Part shown: positions 23,225 to 34,447 of the stretch, piece after piece | Numbering within the stretch: position 1 is the stretch's first letter | Layout: every line of letters starts with the position of its first letter | DNA from: an uncultured Gammaproteobacteria bacterium | Lineage (GTDB): Bacteria; Patescibacteriota; Patescibacteriia; UBA9934; GWF2-40-263 | DNA: 39,061 bases | Assembly (NCBI GenBank): GCA_964355525.1 | Contig: CAYHDY010000005.1 | Location: forward strand, 1-39,061 | Direction of reading: 5' to 3' | The notes under the pieces: generated by a model | What the model was told of the DNA's origin: nothing | Database searches by the model: none | Seen by the model: only the letters and a program-made list of their open reading frames with translations | Translations under genes and position numbers: made by a program

Positions 23225-25285
23225 ATGCAAAAAATCAGATCCATTTTTTTTTCACAGATGGTCGTGATTTGCGCGATCGTCTTTGCAAACATCGCGATCA
23301 TGGCCCCATCGGCATATGCGATCTGTTCTTGTTCGTGTAAAGGGGCGGGTGCATCCGCGTGGAGTGTTCAACCGGGAACGGTTCCGGGTGATGCTGAATG
23401 TGCGAAGGAGTGCGGAAAAGATGTTCAATCCAAATGTGAAGTTCCGTCCGGTGGAACGTCTTCTGCGGGGAAATGTCTCACGTGTTTTTGTCAGACAAGT
23501 GACGGTGCTGTCGGAGTCGGATCTTTGACTCCGTCTGCATGTCTTGCCGCCTGCACCAAACAAAATAGTCCTGCCGTTTGTGCATACACTATCGATCAGT
23601 ATCCAGACAGAAATTTGCAATGTTTTACAAAAACACAGTGTGAGACGCCTTACGCGGGGAAAGACAAAAATCTCACAGGAAAGAAAATCGGCATTTTTTC
23701 GGACGGAGAAAGTGGAATCCCTAAATTTCAACCGCCTGAATGCATATCTGGTTCGCGTTATTGTTTTCCAAATCCGCAACTTGCAACACCCCTTACATTG
23801 AACGTTGCGATCGGTTCTTTGACCACAGCAATCGATGTTGCGCAATACATTCAGGCTCTTTATAACTGGATGATTGGCGCTGGAGTCACGATTGCGATTG
23901 TTCTCATCATGATCGGTGGATTGCAATACGTTCTCGGTGCGGGTGGAGGCAGTGCTGCGAAGACGGCGAAGAAACGCATTGCAGACGCCATCATCGGACT
24001 CATCCTTCTTCTTTGTGTCAATTTAATTTTGAAAACAGTGAATCCGTATTTGTTGAGCTTGAAAGTTCCACAACTACCGATGATTCGAACAGTTGATCTC
24101 ATTAGAGGGCAAAATGATTGTAAAACATTAGCGGAGAAATATATTTTGACGGATGAAAAAGGGAACGTGATTACAGATCCTGATAGTAAAAAATGCGGCG
24201 ACAAAGCCGTTGTGAAAGAAACAAAAGATCACACGGCCGTGCCGAGTGGATCTTCTTGTGACTTTACGACGTGTCCGGAAGGGGAGGGTGTTTGTTTTGC
24301 GGGAAAAGGAAAACCGCAATGCATGAAATGTGAGGAAGTAGTGGAAGGGAATGATATGAAGATCACTCCAAATTCATCTGTTTGCAGTCAACTTTCTTTG
24401 AAAAATGGAAACAGTGCAGGCTTCTCTGATATTCATCAGTGCGGATGGACGAGAGATAAAGATGTAAATGAAGGGTTTTTTAAAACTGGTTCATTCGGAT
24501 CGTGTGCAATGATAAACATTGATTGTAATCAAGTCCCTTCGTGCGGTGAGTATGGAAGTGTCGGAGAAGTGGAAAATACTCTTTCTTCAGATAAATTGTC
24601 CGGAATCACGGATGAAAATGATTTTGCTTGCTCAGTAGAATCTCTTACACAATCAGGTGGCGGTTGCGGAGATTTCGGAATTAAAAGTATCTGTCAAGAA
24701 AATCCTTGTAGCGCCGCGAAGGGAGGGAAAGTCGGAACAGGTTGCGTGTATTCCCCTGCGGAATCTAAGTGTCTCTCAACGAGTGAGGTTATTACCAAAC
24801 CGTCCGTGACCAACAAAACTTGCGATTCAATTAAATGTGACGCTCCAAGTATTTGTGTGAGTGATGAGACGAAGCCAGAAGATGGTGGACCGCATTTTGG
24901 ATGTGCAACATGCGAACAATTAACGGATGGAAATGCACTTGGACAGGACGGGAAAAAGATCATTCCATCGTCATCTGTTTGTAATCAAATTCCTTCAACG
25001 AAGTTTAATCGATGTAAATGGTCAAAGGCCGATAATTTAACAAATTACAATCCATTTAATGATGTGGGAGCATGTGCCGCCATAAAAATCGATTGCAGTG
25101 AGATCAAGACGTGTGATAAATATCAATTTGTCTCTGCAACGAATGCGACGGTTGCAGGAGATCATTGGTTGTACTTGATTGAACCGGCCGTAGGAGATTT
25201 TTCCTTTCAGAGTATCTGTGAAGAAAATCCGTGTGGTGTTCCAGGAGGATGTGACGGAAGTGGAAAGGCCTGTTCCGCCAAATAG
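23225..25285 (+). CDS. Cys-rich secreted protein with TrbC/VirB2-like pilin domain
   Basis: Signal peptide, pilin hairpin (YIQALYNW..IMIGGLQY..AKKRIADAIIGLILL..TVNP), many Cys residues. Confidence 0.8.
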   Translation: MQKIRSIFFSQMVVICAIVFANIAIMAPSAYAICSCSCKGAGASAWSVQPGTVPGDAECAKECGKDVQSKCEVPSGGTSSAGKCLTCFCQTSDGAVGVGSLTPSACLAACTKQNSPAVCAYTIDQYPDRNLQCFTKTQCETPYAGKDKNLTGKKIGIFSDGESGIPKFQPPECISGSRYCFPNPQLATPLTLNVAIGSLTTAIDVAQYIQALYNWMIGAGVTIAIVLIMIGGLQYVLGAGGGSAAKTAKKRIADAIIGLILLLCVNLILKTVNPYLLSLKVPQLPMIRTVDLIRGQNDCKTLAEKYILTDEKGNVITDPDSKKCGDKAVVKETKDHTAVPSGSSCDFTTCPEGEGVCFAGKGKPQCMKCEEVVEGNDMKITPNSSVCSQLSLKNGNSAGFSDIHQCGWTRDKDVNEGFFKTGSFGSCAMINIDCNQVPSCGEYGSVGEVENTLSSDKLSGITDENDFACSVESLTQSGGGCGDFGIKSICQENPCSAAKGGKVGTGCVYSPAESKCLSTSEVITKPSVTNKTCDSIKCDAPSICVSDETKPEDGGPHFGCATCEQLTDGNALGQDGKKIIPSSSVCNQIPSTKFNRCKWSKADNLTNYNPFNDVGACAAIKIDCSEIKTCDKYQFVSATNATVAGDHWLYLIEPAVGDFSFQSICEENPCGVPGGCDGSGKACSAK

Positions 25286-25380
25286 GAAAAGAAAAAGGAG
25301 CGAGCTCCAATGCTTGCTCCTTTTTCTTTTGCGTGATAGACTCGCAGACGATTTTATTTCGATCATCTGTCGAGCTTCCT

Positions 25381-28305
25381 ATGCCTCAAGAATACATTTC
25401 TGTCCGTGGTGCGCGTGTGCATAATTTGAAAAACATTGATGTTGATATTCCAAAAAATAAATTGGTGGTGATCACGGGACTTTCAGGATCCGGAAAATCT
25501 TCACTTGCCTTCGATACGATTTACGCGGAAGGACAGCGCCGATACATGGAATCGTTGTCGAGTTATGCTCGACAATTTCTCGAGCTTCAAGACAAACCGG
25601 ATGTCGATGAGATTCTCGGACTTTCTCCGACGATTGCGATTGATCAGAAATCTTCTTCGCACAATCCGCGCTCAACCGTCGGAACAGTGACGGAGATTTA
25701 TGATTTTTTGCGTGTCCTCTTTGCGCGTGCCGGACGTCCGCATTGTCCGAAGTGCGGAAGACTCGTGACCGAGCAAACGCTCGTACAGATGGTGGATGCA
25801 ATCGAAAAGATGATTGGGAAAGATACAATCTTGTTGTTCGCACCAGTTGTGAAAGAACAAAAGGGAGAACATAAACATGTTTTGCAAGCCGCGTTGAATG
25901 CGGGATTCACTCGCGTTCGTTATGACGGATTGATTGTTGATACGGAGGAGGCAAGCATCATGCGCAAAGATAAAAAGAAAGATCATGATATTGATGTTCT
26001 TGTGTTTACATTTGAAGGCGGCATGACGTATTCGAAAGATCATGTGACAGCGCTCGTGAAGAAAGCGCTTGATTACGGAAATGGATTCATTACACTTGTG
26101 AATGATGAAACAGGCGATGAACGTGCACTTTCGCAAAGCTTCATGTGCGGATATGACGGATTGAATTTGCCAAAGCCGGAACCGCGACTCTTTTCGTTTA
26201 ACTCGCCGTACGGTGCGTGTACGGAATGTACAGGTCTCGGCGAGAAGCTTGTGCTCGAACCGGATCTTGTGATTCCGAATCGTCGGCTCACAATCGAAGA
26301 AGGCGCGATTCGTCCGTGGTCTCGCATTGCGGGAAATCAAACGAGTTATCTTCGTCTTCTCGAAATCGTCGGACGCAAACAAAAAATTCCATTGGATGTT
26401 CCGGTTGAAAAAATTCCAAAAGCAAAATTTGATTTATTGTTGAATGGAACGGGCGATGAGCTCTACACATTCGACGGACAAGAAGTTCCGTTCACCGGCA
26501 TCCTCGCGCAACTTGAACAAAAATATCGCGAGACGGATTCGGAATATGTGCGCGCGGAACTCGAGGGTTACATGCGCCGCATGTTGTGTCCGGGATGTTC
26601 AGGTAAGCGTTTGCAGCCAGCTGTGCTTGCGATCACGATCGCAGACAAATCGATCGCCGACATTGTGAACATGCCGGTCGAGGATGTGTTTGCGTTTTTC
26701 TCCGCCATAGGCGGATCCGCCTATGGCGGAGAATCATTATTGGGGAAGGGTGGAAAGCGAAACAATGTAGGGGCACCCCTTGTGGGCGCCCGCGCGAAAT
26801 CGAATTCGAATGCAATCGCAAGCGGATTATCATCCGACGAAACATTGATTGTTGAACGTGTGGGAAAAGAAGTCTGTGCGCGTCTGAAACAGCTCACAGA
26901 AGTCGGACTTGGATATTTGACGCTTGATCGCTCTGCGATGACTCTGTCGGGCGGAGAATCGCAACGTGTGCGTCTCGCGACACAACTTGGAAGCGGACTC
27001 TCTGGTGTCATTTACATTCTCGACGAGCCATCCATCGGATTGCATCCGCGTGATAATGATCGATTGATTCAGACGATTCGCCGATTGCAGGAATCCGGAA
27101 ATTCCGTGATTGTTGTTGAACACGATGAAGCGATGATTCAAGCAGCGGATTACGTTTTTGATGTTGGTCCGGGTGCAGGAGAATATGGCGGGGAAGTTGT
27201 GGCGGAAGGAACGGCCGCGCAAATTAAAAAGAATAAACAATCACTCACCGGACAATATCTTTCCGGAGTACGATCGATTCCAACGCCGAAGAAATATCGC
27301 AAAGGAAACGGAAAGGCAATCGAGATCATCGGGGCGACCGCGTTCAATTTGCAAAATGTAAGTGTGTCGATTCCACTTGGAAAACTTGTGTGTGTGACGG
27401 GGGTTTCCGGTTCGGGAAAGTCGACATTGATTCTCGACATTCTCGGAAAGTCTCTCTCAAAACATTTTTATCGTGCAAAAGAATTTCCGGGAGCGCATAA
27501 AGCATTGAAGGGAATAGAACATATCGACAAAGTTGTCGCGGTTGATCAATCACCGATCGGACGTACACCGAGATCTAACCCAGCGACATACACAGGTGTG
27601 TTCACTGCGATCCGTGATTTGTTCACGGAAGTGCCGGAAGCAAAGATGCGAAACTTCGATGCAGGAAAATTTAGTTTCAATGTGAAAGGCGGCGGACGAT
27701 GCGAACCGTGTTCCGGTGACGGAATGCGTCGCATCGAAATGCAATTCTTGCCGGATGTGTATGTTGAATGTGCGGAGTGCCACGGCACACGTTATAATCA
27801 AGAAGTGCTTGAGGTTCACTACAAACAAAAAAATATCTCCGACGTCTTGCAGATGACGGTCGAAGAAGCACGTCGATTCTTTGCGGATCAAACCGCGATC
27901 TTCGACAAACTCGATGTTCTTCACGAAGTTGGGCTTGGATACATTCGATTGGGACAATCTGCGACGACTCTTTCGGGTGGAGAAGCTCAACGTGTGAAAC
28001 TCTCAACCGAACTTTCTCGTCGCGCGACGGGTCGAACGTTGTATATTCTCGACGAGCCAACGACCGGTTTGCACTTCGAGGATATAAAACGATTACTCGG
28101 TGTCCTTCACATGCTCGTCGACAAAGGCAACACGGTCGTTATCATCGAGCACAACCTCGACGTCATCAAAGGCGCTGACTGGGTGATTGACATGGGACCT
28201 GAGGGTGGTGTCAAAGGTGGTAAGCTGGTCGCCGAGGGGACACCAAAGGATATTGTGAAAAACAAGGAAAGCGTCACAGGAAAATATTTGAAACCATTGT
28301 TATAA
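25381..28305 (+). CDS. uvrA: Excinuclease ABC subunit A
   Basis: [10 protein letters not shown], two Walker A motifs ([16 protein letters not shown]), LSGGE signatures, Zn fingers. Start MPQEYI. Confidence 0.98.
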   Translation: MPQEYISVRGARVHNLKNIDVDIPKNKLVVITGLSGSGKSSLAFDTIYAEGQRRYMESLSSYARQFLELQDKPDVDEILGLSPTIAIDQKSSSHNPRSTVGTVTEIYDFLRVLFARAGRPHCPKCGRLVTEQTLVQMVDAIEKMIGKDTILLFAPVVKEQKGEHKHVLQAALNAGFTRVRYDGLIVDTEEASIMRKDKKKDHDIDVLVFTFEGGMTYSKDHVTALVKKALDYGNGFITLVNDETGDERALSQSFMCGYDGLNLPKPEPRLFSFNSPYGACTECTGLGEKLVLEPDLVIPNRRLTIEEGAIRPWSRIAGNQTSYLRLLEIVGRKQKIPLDVPVEKIPKAKFDLLLNGTGDELYTFDGQEVPFTGILAQLEQKYRETDSEYVRAELEGYMRRMLCPGCSGKRLQPAVLAITIADKSIADIVNMPVEDVFAFFSAIGGSAYGGESLLGKGGKRNNVGAPLVGARAKSNSNAIASGLSSDETLIVERVGKEVCARLKQLTEVGLGYLTLDRSAMTLSGGESQRVRLATQLGSGLSGVIYILDEPSIGLHPRDNDRLIQTIRRLQESGNSVIVVEHDEAMIQAADYVFDVGPGAGEYGGEVVAEGTAAQIKKNKQSLTGQYLSGVRSIPTPKKYRKGNGKAIEIIGATAFNLQNVSVSIPLGKLVCVTGVSGSGKSTLILDILGKSLSKHFYRAKEFPGAHKALKGIEHIDKVVAVDQSPIGRTPRSNPATYTGVFTAIRDLFTEVPEAKMRNFDAGKFSFNVKGGGRCEPCSGDGMRRIEMQFLPDVYVECAECHGTRYNQEVLEVHYKQKNISDVLQMTVEEARRFFADQTAIFDKLDVLHEVGLGYIRLGQSATTLSGGEAQRVKLSTELSRRATGRTLYILDEPTTGLHFEDIKRLLGVLHMLVDKGNTVVIIEHNLDVIKGADWVIDMGPEGGVKGGKLVAEGTPKDIVKNKESVTGKYLKPLL

Positions 28306-28393
28306 CGTTGGTTGTAGGGGTAGGTCTTGTGCCTACCCATGCGAAGTAAAATTGAAAAACAGGGGGAAATTCCCCTGTTTTTGATTGAAATCA

Positions 28394-28422
28394 TTGACAA
28401 AATTGAAATTTTGTGCTAGGAT
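28394..28422 (+). promoter_or_regulatory. Sigma70 promoter
   Basis: TTGACA, 17 bp, TAGGAT with extended TG; flanked by the inverted REP pair 28314-28338 / 28453-28477. Confidence 0.7.
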
Positions 28423-28488
28423 TCACCGTTATTCATTGAATATTATTCGAGAGGGTGGGCACAAGACCCACCCCTACGAATACAAATT

Positions 28489-29958
28489 ATGTTGAAAAAA
28501 ACCCTTATTTTTACCTTGCTCGTTGCGGCGGCCATCAGTCCGTTTCTTCCCCGAGCGTTTGCAAACGTTAATGATTGGAAAATGCCGATCGTTGATCGTC
28601 TTTGGAATGAACCGACCTTTCGTGTCGATCGTTTAGCGCTTCCAAATGGCGTCAGTGAACCAATGAAACGTAATGGTGTTGCGTTTATTTCAAATACATC
28701 GAGTCAATGTGCCGATCTTGGTATCTGTGACAAAATCGATCTTTCGATTTTGATGAACGGTAAATTGCAATCCGTAAACGGAGTCGATCAACAATTTTTG
28801 AATCCTTCTTTCGCTGTGGCGCAAAAAGGAAAATTTGTGTTTTTTACGAAATCAATGGCCCCATCAAAATGGGTCGATGTTTTCGCTGTTGATCCAAATA
28901 CGGGAGATGTTCGCGCAGTGACGTCTCTTGATCGCAAGTCGAATGAATTAAGTTTCGTTTCCTTTTCGACGTCTGGTGATCGTTTTTATGCATCCGTCAT
29001 TCAATCGGATCCGAAAACAAAACAAATCAACAGTTCTCTCGTTGCAAAATCCAACGACGGTGCGTACGAAGAACGGAATATCGATTCTAAATTGAACGCA
29101 CCGTATCAACAGGTGATGGATGCGTATAATGATCAAGTCCTCGTCAAATTTATTTTTGCGGGTGGAAATAAACAATTGTGGGTCATCAATGCAAAAACGC
29201 AGGTCATGTCCGCAATTCCAAACACATGGACAGAACCAAGCGGTGATATTCTTTTCCCGCACTTCCTCTCAAACGGAACGGTTGTCTATTTTCAAAACTA
29301 TTTGATGTATACCTATAACCCGTTTGCGAAAGAGGCTGTACCTGTTTCGCACGCAACGTTGAACTGGAATGTTTCACCGGAACAGGTCGTAAAAATCAAT
29401 GGAGATGAAATGACGTGGTCGGATGATAAAAACACCGTTTGGAAATTGGATTCTGAGGGAAACATCAAAATAATGATCGAAAAACAATCCACTGAACTTA
29501 CAGTGACCGATTCAATCGGATCCGTATCGGTTGGAACGGATGCGCAAGGAAACGTTTGGTTTCAAAATACATCCAACAATACTTCGTTGAAACTTGGATA
29601 TGGAACACATCCAGTTTTGACGGACGCTCAACATGTGATTTGGAAGGGAACCGATGGGATGATTTACCAAGCAACTCTTTCCGCTATTCTCGCTATGGAG
29701 AAAACACAGACCGTGGGTGCATCTTATACAAATCCTGCGGGATACGCCCCTGGGACGCGTGTGAAAGCGATCGGCAATCCTCGCGTGTATACGATCGGAA
29801 CGGACGGGAACCTTCACTGGATCGTTTCTGAAACGGTTGCAAATGCTGTCTACGGATCACTTTGGAACAAAGGAATCATCGAAGTGAATTCCACAGATCT
29901 CTGGCGATATACCAGTGGAAAAAATGTGGATTCTGAACAAACGATAAAAGCAATCTAA
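28489..29958 (+). CDS. Secreted beta-rich protein with CPR-type C-terminal surface domain
   Basis: Signal peptide ending AFA; C-terminal GTRVKAIGNPRVYTIGTDGNLHWIVSETVANAVYGSLW. Confidence 0.8.
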   Translation: MLKKTLIFTLLVAAAISPFLPRAFANVNDWKMPIVDRLWNEPTFRVDRLALPNGVSEPMKRNGVAFISNTSSQCADLGICDKIDLSILMNGKLQSVNGVDQQFLNPSFAVAQKGKFVFFTKSMAPSKWVDVFAVDPNTGDVRAVTSLDRKSNELSFVSFSTSGDRFYASVIQSDPKTKQINSSLVAKSNDGAYEERNIDSKLNAPYQQVMDAYNDQVLVKFIFAGGNKQLWVINAKTQVMSAIPNTWTEPSGDILFPHFLSNGTVVYFQNYLMYTYNPFAKEAVPVSHATLNWNVSPEQVVKINGDEMTWSDDKNTVWKLDSEGNIKIMIEKQSTELTVTDSIGSVSVGTDAQGNVWFQNTSNNTSLKLGYGTHPVLTDAQHVIWKGTDGMIYQATLSAILAMEKTQTVGASYTNPAGYAPGTRVKAIGNPRVYTIGTDGNLHWIVSETVANAVYGSLWNKGIIEVNSTDLWRYTSGKNVDSEQTIKAI

Positions 29959-29967
29959 CATCAAAAT

Positions 29968-30006
29968 AAAAAAATCCCGAAAGCATTTTGCATTCGGGAT
30001 TTTGTT
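29968..30006. terminator. Bidirectional terminator between convergent genes
   Basis: aaaatcccgaa..ttcgggatttt. Confidence 0.7.
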
Positions 30007-30420
30007 TTACTTCGCGTATGTGTCTTTGAATTTGCGTTTGAATGGCACGGCGACTTTTTGCAAGAAGGACAATTTCGCACGACGCACCTTTGCTGTTTTC
30101 ACCAATTCGATTTTTGCGATGATCGGGGAGTTTACGGGATAGATACGTTCTACTCCGAATCCGCCGGCGCTGATTTTTCGAATCGTGAGTGTGCGGGAAA
30201 CCCCAGCACCTTTGACCCCGAGGACGATTCCTTCAAAGATCTGAACGCGTTCGCGAACTTCTCCTTTTGGAGTGACGTCTTTGATGCGTTCATGGATGCG
30301 GACGGTTTGTCCGGCTTTGACCTCTGCGGTTTTTGTCGGAACGACAACAGCTTCGGGTTCAACCGTCTCGACGGGTGTTTCTTCGACGACCTCTGTTGGT
30401 TCTGTTTCTTGTTCAGTCAT
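30007..30420 (-). CDS. rplS: 50S ribosomal protein L19
   Basis: GQTVRIHERIK..ERVQIFEGIV..IRKISAGGFGVERIYP..KVRRAKL. Confidence 0.97.
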   Translation of the reverse strand: MTEQETEPTEVVEETPVETVEPEAVVVPTKTAEVKAGQTVRIHERIKDVTPKGEVRERVQIFEGIVLGVKGAGVSRTLTIRKISAGGFGVERIYPVNSPIIAKIELVKTAKVRRAKLSFLQKVAVPFKRKFKDTYAK

Positions 30421-30600
30421 ACGGGTGAGTAATCACGTTCGAGAGGAATACATCGTTTTACGAACGATCAGCATTCATGGACACGTTGATTCAATGTGGC
30501 GAAATGATAACGAATATCATGATTTTCGTCAACCCGGCAGCTGCCGGGTCAATGGTGGTCGTTTTGTAATCGTTTGTAGGGGATGGTCGCGACCATCCCG

Positions 30601-31173
30601 TTAACCCATCGTAATAGGCGGGGTGCCCACACCCCGCACGCATTCGATAACCCGTTCGACAATTGATTCCGGCGTCATCGATGACGTATCAATCACGAGA
30701 TCATAATTCGTTCGATCGAGAAAATCCACGCCATAGTATTTTTGATAACGTCTGGAATCGGATGCAATGCGGTTCTCGATGAATTGTTTCGCTTCGTCGA
30801 CGTCTTTATATGCTGTTTCGTCCGATCGCTCTCCTGCGCGCGATGCTTCGAAAATTCGCGTTGCACCAACATTCGAATCCACGTCAAGAAATAGTTTGAA
30901 CGAGTTCGGAATGAAGTGCCAGGACAATCGTCCGTCGATCACGAACGATTCGCCTCGCTTTCCAAGTTCTGTTTGATAATCATCGACATCTTTATCCGTG
31001 AATGCTTCCGATTCGCCGATCTCATTTAACGCATCGATCGTGATTCCACGTTCCTTCGCCATTTTTCCACGAAGGTCTCCAACCGAATACCAGGGAACAT
31101 TCAATTTTTCGGAAAGCATTTTTACAATTGTTGTTTTTCCGGAACCGGGAAGTCCAGTGATGGTGATGATCAT
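30601..31173 (-). CDS. cmk: Cytidylate kinase (archaeal-type CMP kinase family)
   Basis: IITITGLPGSGKTT, VIDGRLS, SDSRRYQKYYG, YDLVIDTS. Confidence 0.85.
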   Translation of the reverse strand: MIITITGLPGSGKTTIVKMLSEKLNVPWYSVGDLRGKMAKERGITIDALNEIGESEAFTDKDVDDYQTELGKRGESFVIDGRLSWHFIPNSFKLFLDVDSNVGATRIFEASRAGERSDETAYKDVDEAKQFIENRIASDSRRYQKYYGVDFLDRTNYDLVIDTSSMTPESIVERVIECVRGVGTPPITMG

Positions 31174-31175
31174 AT

Positions 31176-33434
31176 TTATTTTGTGAATCGTTTCGATAAT
31201 GCTTCCGCGCGTGTTGTGTCGATTTTGGTCAGTTGATCAAAAAGAATTTTTTCTTGTCGAGTATATCCTCCGTTGTGATAGAGGGTTATGCCGCCTTCAA
31301 GAATGTTGGGAAGTTTCGGATATTTTTTAATCATGTGCGTGATGTAAGGGTTCATATCTTCTGGCCACGCGGGATGTTTTTCCGATCCTTGAATCAACCC
31401 AGTGAAGAATGAAACGTCGCCGTATGTCTGGGCGCCAAGATTGAATGCCTGTTCAAGTTCCTGAAAGGCTTCCGGATATTTTCCTTCCGCAGCATAGACA
31501 CCCGCATTTTCAAACGTCGGTTGTCCTTTTGTTTCTTCGACAACGGATCGTTGTTTCGCCTCATCAAGAAGTTTGTGTGCATCATCGAAACGATTTTGTG
31601 TTCGCGCAATCTGTGCAAGCACGAGGAGAGGCTCTGCACGTTTGGGTGCAAGTTCTTGTGCACGTTCTGCTGTTTGTTTTGCAAACGCTTGCGAGTTCGC
31701 ATCGCCTAATTGTGTTCCTGCAAACCATGCTTGTGCAAACGCGAGTTTTGGATCCGTCGGATGTTCCGTTGCTATTAAGAGAATTGTATTTTGCATGGTT
31801 TTGAGCAGTTGCATCATCTCTTCAGAGTCGATACCAAACATCAAACGCGCCGCTAAGAGAGGTTCATTCATGTGCAGAATCATGTCTGTTTTGTAGGGCG
31901 ATGGATGATTTGTCGCGTGTTTGAACGCGATTGACGCGTTTGAAATTTCTCCCTGCATGAATGCTTCTTCCGCTGTTTTTATACGTAATTCATCCGCGAA
32001 TGGTCGAATGTTTGCAAAGACGATAAGGGGAACGCTTGCAACGAATAACAAGAGGAGGCAGAGGATTGCGAGTGTCGATCGTTTTTTTGACGGATCTGTT
32101 TGTTCTGTTATTTGTATCGAATCGCGCGCAAAGAAAATCGGCAACGAAGCAAAGACAAAAAATAACAAGACTTGTTCGATGAACAGATCGAACAAAAAGA
32201 ATTTTTCGATAAGAAATGCGATGACGAATAAGAAGAATGTAATTGCAATTTTCTTTTTTTCTTCGGTCTGTTCAGAGCGACGTTGAAACAACATCCACAC
32301 AATCGAACTCCAAAGCATCAGATATCCGACAAGTCCGATGATTCCATTTGAAACAAGCAGATCGAGAAATTGATTATGCGCCCGGCTGTACCACATCTCG
32401 GTAAGATTTTGTTTTGATTGCGTTGGATCAAACAGGTTGTTGAATGGAACGGAAAATTGTTCGAGTCCCCATCCAAAGATCGGTTTTTCCGCGGATGCAC
32501 GCAGAGCGATATTCCAAAGTTCAACGCGATCGGATGAATTCGATCGTAAAAGGGAACTGCCTCCTGAGTGTGATTTTTCAAATAAACCTAAACCGACGAC
32601 GCTGACGACGAGGAGAAGAAGAAAAATAGGAAAGAAAAACTTTTTTGGCAAATGAATCGTTTGCTCTACTCGCGCGGCAACCGTCTTTCGAAACAAAATG
32701 ATTGCAACAATACTTGCGACGGCGAGTCCGAGGAATGAAGAACGCGAACCGGTGAGAAGAAGCGTGAACAGTTCAAATCCCAAGATCCAAAACAACGGTT
32801 TTCGATGGGACGGTTTTTCGATCAACAGCAAACAGACGATGAAAATGTGGATGAGAAGATAGGTGGAAAGAATGAGTGGATTGCCGAGCGTTGATCCAAT
32901 GCGACCGAATCCGATTTTGAACCATTCGCAAAATCCGAGAATGGAAACGGCGACAGAAACGTAAGTTGAAAACAAAAAGAGACGCGTCCAGTCTGTGCGC
33001 TCTCGAAAAAGAGATGTCAGAATCAAAAACCAAAATGCAAAATGGATATACTGGAACAATCCCATCATGTCGTTTTGATTTGACCAAAAACTGGCGATCG
33101 GATCGACGCCGAATGCGTGTGTGGCAAGAAGCGTCGCAAGAAAAATTCCGATTCCGATTGTGACGGGAGATGTGAAATTCGGTCGAACACGTTTGTCGAG
33201 AATCATCAGAGGGATCCAACACACGATCATGATCTCAACAAGACTTTGAAACAAAAGTGCTTTTGGAAAAACAAAAGGGAAATCAATGCGAAATCCCGGA
33301 ATGTCCGTGATCAACAAGGGAGACAACAGGATCAGACTGGTTGCGATGACAATGACCGCGCGTAAAAACCGTTGAAATGCCGGAACGGTTTTTGGATAAG
33401 CCGTTCCGAACAAGAATGTTTTTATGCGTGACAT
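31176..33434 (-). CDS. O-antigen ligase (Wzy_C) family protein with C-terminal TPR-like region
   Basis: Many TMs, STLGNP, LTGSRSS, PIFGWG, RAHNQFLD. Confidence 0.88.
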   Translation of the reverse strand: MSRIKTFLFGTAYPKTVPAFQRFLRAVIVIATSLILLSPLLITDIPGFRIDFPFVFPKALLFQSLVEIMIVCWIPLMILDKRVRPNFTSPVTIGIGIFLATLLATHAFGVDPIASFWSNQNDMMGLFQYIHFAFWFLILTSLFRERTDWTRLFLFSTYVSVAVSILGFCEWFKIGFGRIGSTLGNPLILSTYLLIHIFIVCLLLIEKPSHRKPLFWILGFELFTLLLTGSRSSFLGLAVASIVAIILFRKTVAARVEQTIHLPKKFFFPIFLLLLVVSVVGLGLFEKSHSGGSSLLRSNSSDRVELWNIALRASAEKPIFGWGLEQFSVPFNNLFDPTQSKQNLTEMWYSRAHNQFLDLLVSNGIIGLVGYLMLWSSIVWMLFQRRSEQTEEKKKIAITFFLFVIAFLIEKFFLFDLFIEQVLLFFVFASLPIFFARDSIQITEQTDPSKKRSTLAILCLLLLFVASVPLIVFANIRPFADELRIKTAEEAFMQGEISNASIAFKHATNHPSPYKTDMILHMNEPLLAARLMFGIDSEEMMQLLKTMQNTILLIATEHPTDPKLAFAQAWFAGTQLGDANSQAFAKQTAERAQELAPKRAEPLLVLAQIARTQNRFDDAHKLLDEAKQRSVVEETKGQPTFENAGVYAAEGKYPEAFQELEQAFNLGAQTYGDVSFFTGLIQGSEKHPAWPEDMNPYITHMIKKYPKLPNILEGGITLYHNGGYTRQEKILFDQLTKIDTTRAEALSKRFTK

Positions 33435-33437
33435 ATC

Positions 33438-33494
33438 GTAATAGGCGGGGTCCCCCGCCTTCGCCGAGGCTTCGGAGGGCAGGCCAGACCCCGC
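33438..33494. repeat. REP palindrome with a second repeat nested in its loop
   Basis: gtaataggcggggtcccc[cgccttcgccgaggcttcggagggcaggc]cagaccccgc. Confidence 0.7.
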
Positions 33495-33501
33495 GTTTGT
33501 A

Positions 33502-34446
33502 TTATGTTTTCGGGAACGTTTCCAAAATTAATTTTAATTCTTTTGGCAGTGGGGAAGTGAATGTTTTTGCTTTTCCGTTTGCAAGATGAATCGTCAATGA
33601 TTCTGCGTGGAGAAAAATACGGCCGAAATTTTTTTCACGGATGTGGCGCATGTTTTTGACATGATACAAATGATCACCCATCACCGGATGATTGATGGCG
33701 AGGAAGTGCACGCGGATTTGGTGCGTGCGTCCCGTATGAATGCGCACACTCACAAGTGTGGCATTTTTATATCGTTCAACAACGTCATAATCCGTCAACG
33801 CTTCTTTTCCAACTTGATCTCCCGTGCGTGCGACCATACGTCCTTGTCGTTTGGATCGGCTGATCGCAAAGGTGATCGTGTCGTGTTCTTTTGGAAGTGT
33901 TCCGTAGACAAGCGCGAGATAGTTTTTTTGTACGGTTCGTTTTTGAAATTGCTCTTTCAGATTTTCAAACATCGCTTGCGTCTTTGCGACAACCATCACG
34001 CCGGAAACATCTTTGTCGATGCGATGCACAATGCCGGGACGCACATTTTTCTTCCCCGGGATAATCGAAACATCCCCAACCTTTTTCATTTTAGGATGTG
34101 ACTTCAGGAGAATATCCGCGACGTTCGGTCGTGGATCCGCGTCGTTTGAGCGATGAACGATCAATCCCGCGGGTTTGTTTACGACGATAAGATCATCATC
34201 TTCAAACAAAACTTCAAGTTCCGGAGCGATCTGTTTTTTTGCGCGGGTCGTTGCAGAAATTTTTGGATAAGAAATAACATCACCCATTTCAAGAAACTCA
34301 TGCACCTTGCAAGGTTTTCCATTTAAAGTGATTTCGCCAGCTTTAAGATATTTTTGAATTTGAGAACGTGTGATTGTCATGATCTCCGTGAGAACATGAT
34401 CGATACGTTTCCCTTTATTTGTTTCGTCGACGGTGAGTTTCGGCAT
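33502..34446 (-). CDS. RluA/RluD family 23S rRNA pseudouridine synthase
   Basis: S4 domain, NKPAGL, HRIDKDVSG, TGRTHQIRVH. Confidence 0.95.
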   Translation of the reverse strand: MPKLTVDETNKGKRIDHVLTEIMTITRSQIQKYLKAGEITLNGKPCKVHEFLEMGDVISYPKISATTRAKKQIAPELEVLFEDDDLIVVNKPAGLIVHRSNDADPRPNVADILLKSHPKMKKVGDVSIIPGKKNVRPGIVHRIDKDVSGVMVVAKTQAMFENLKEQFQKRTVQKNYLALVYGTLPKEHDTITFAISRSKRQGRMVARTGDQVGKEALTDYDVVERYKNATLVSVRIHTGRTHQIRVHFLAINHPVMGDHLYHVKNMRHIREKNFGRIFLHAESLTIHLANGKAKTFTSPLPKELKLILETFPKT

Positions 34447-34447
34447 A

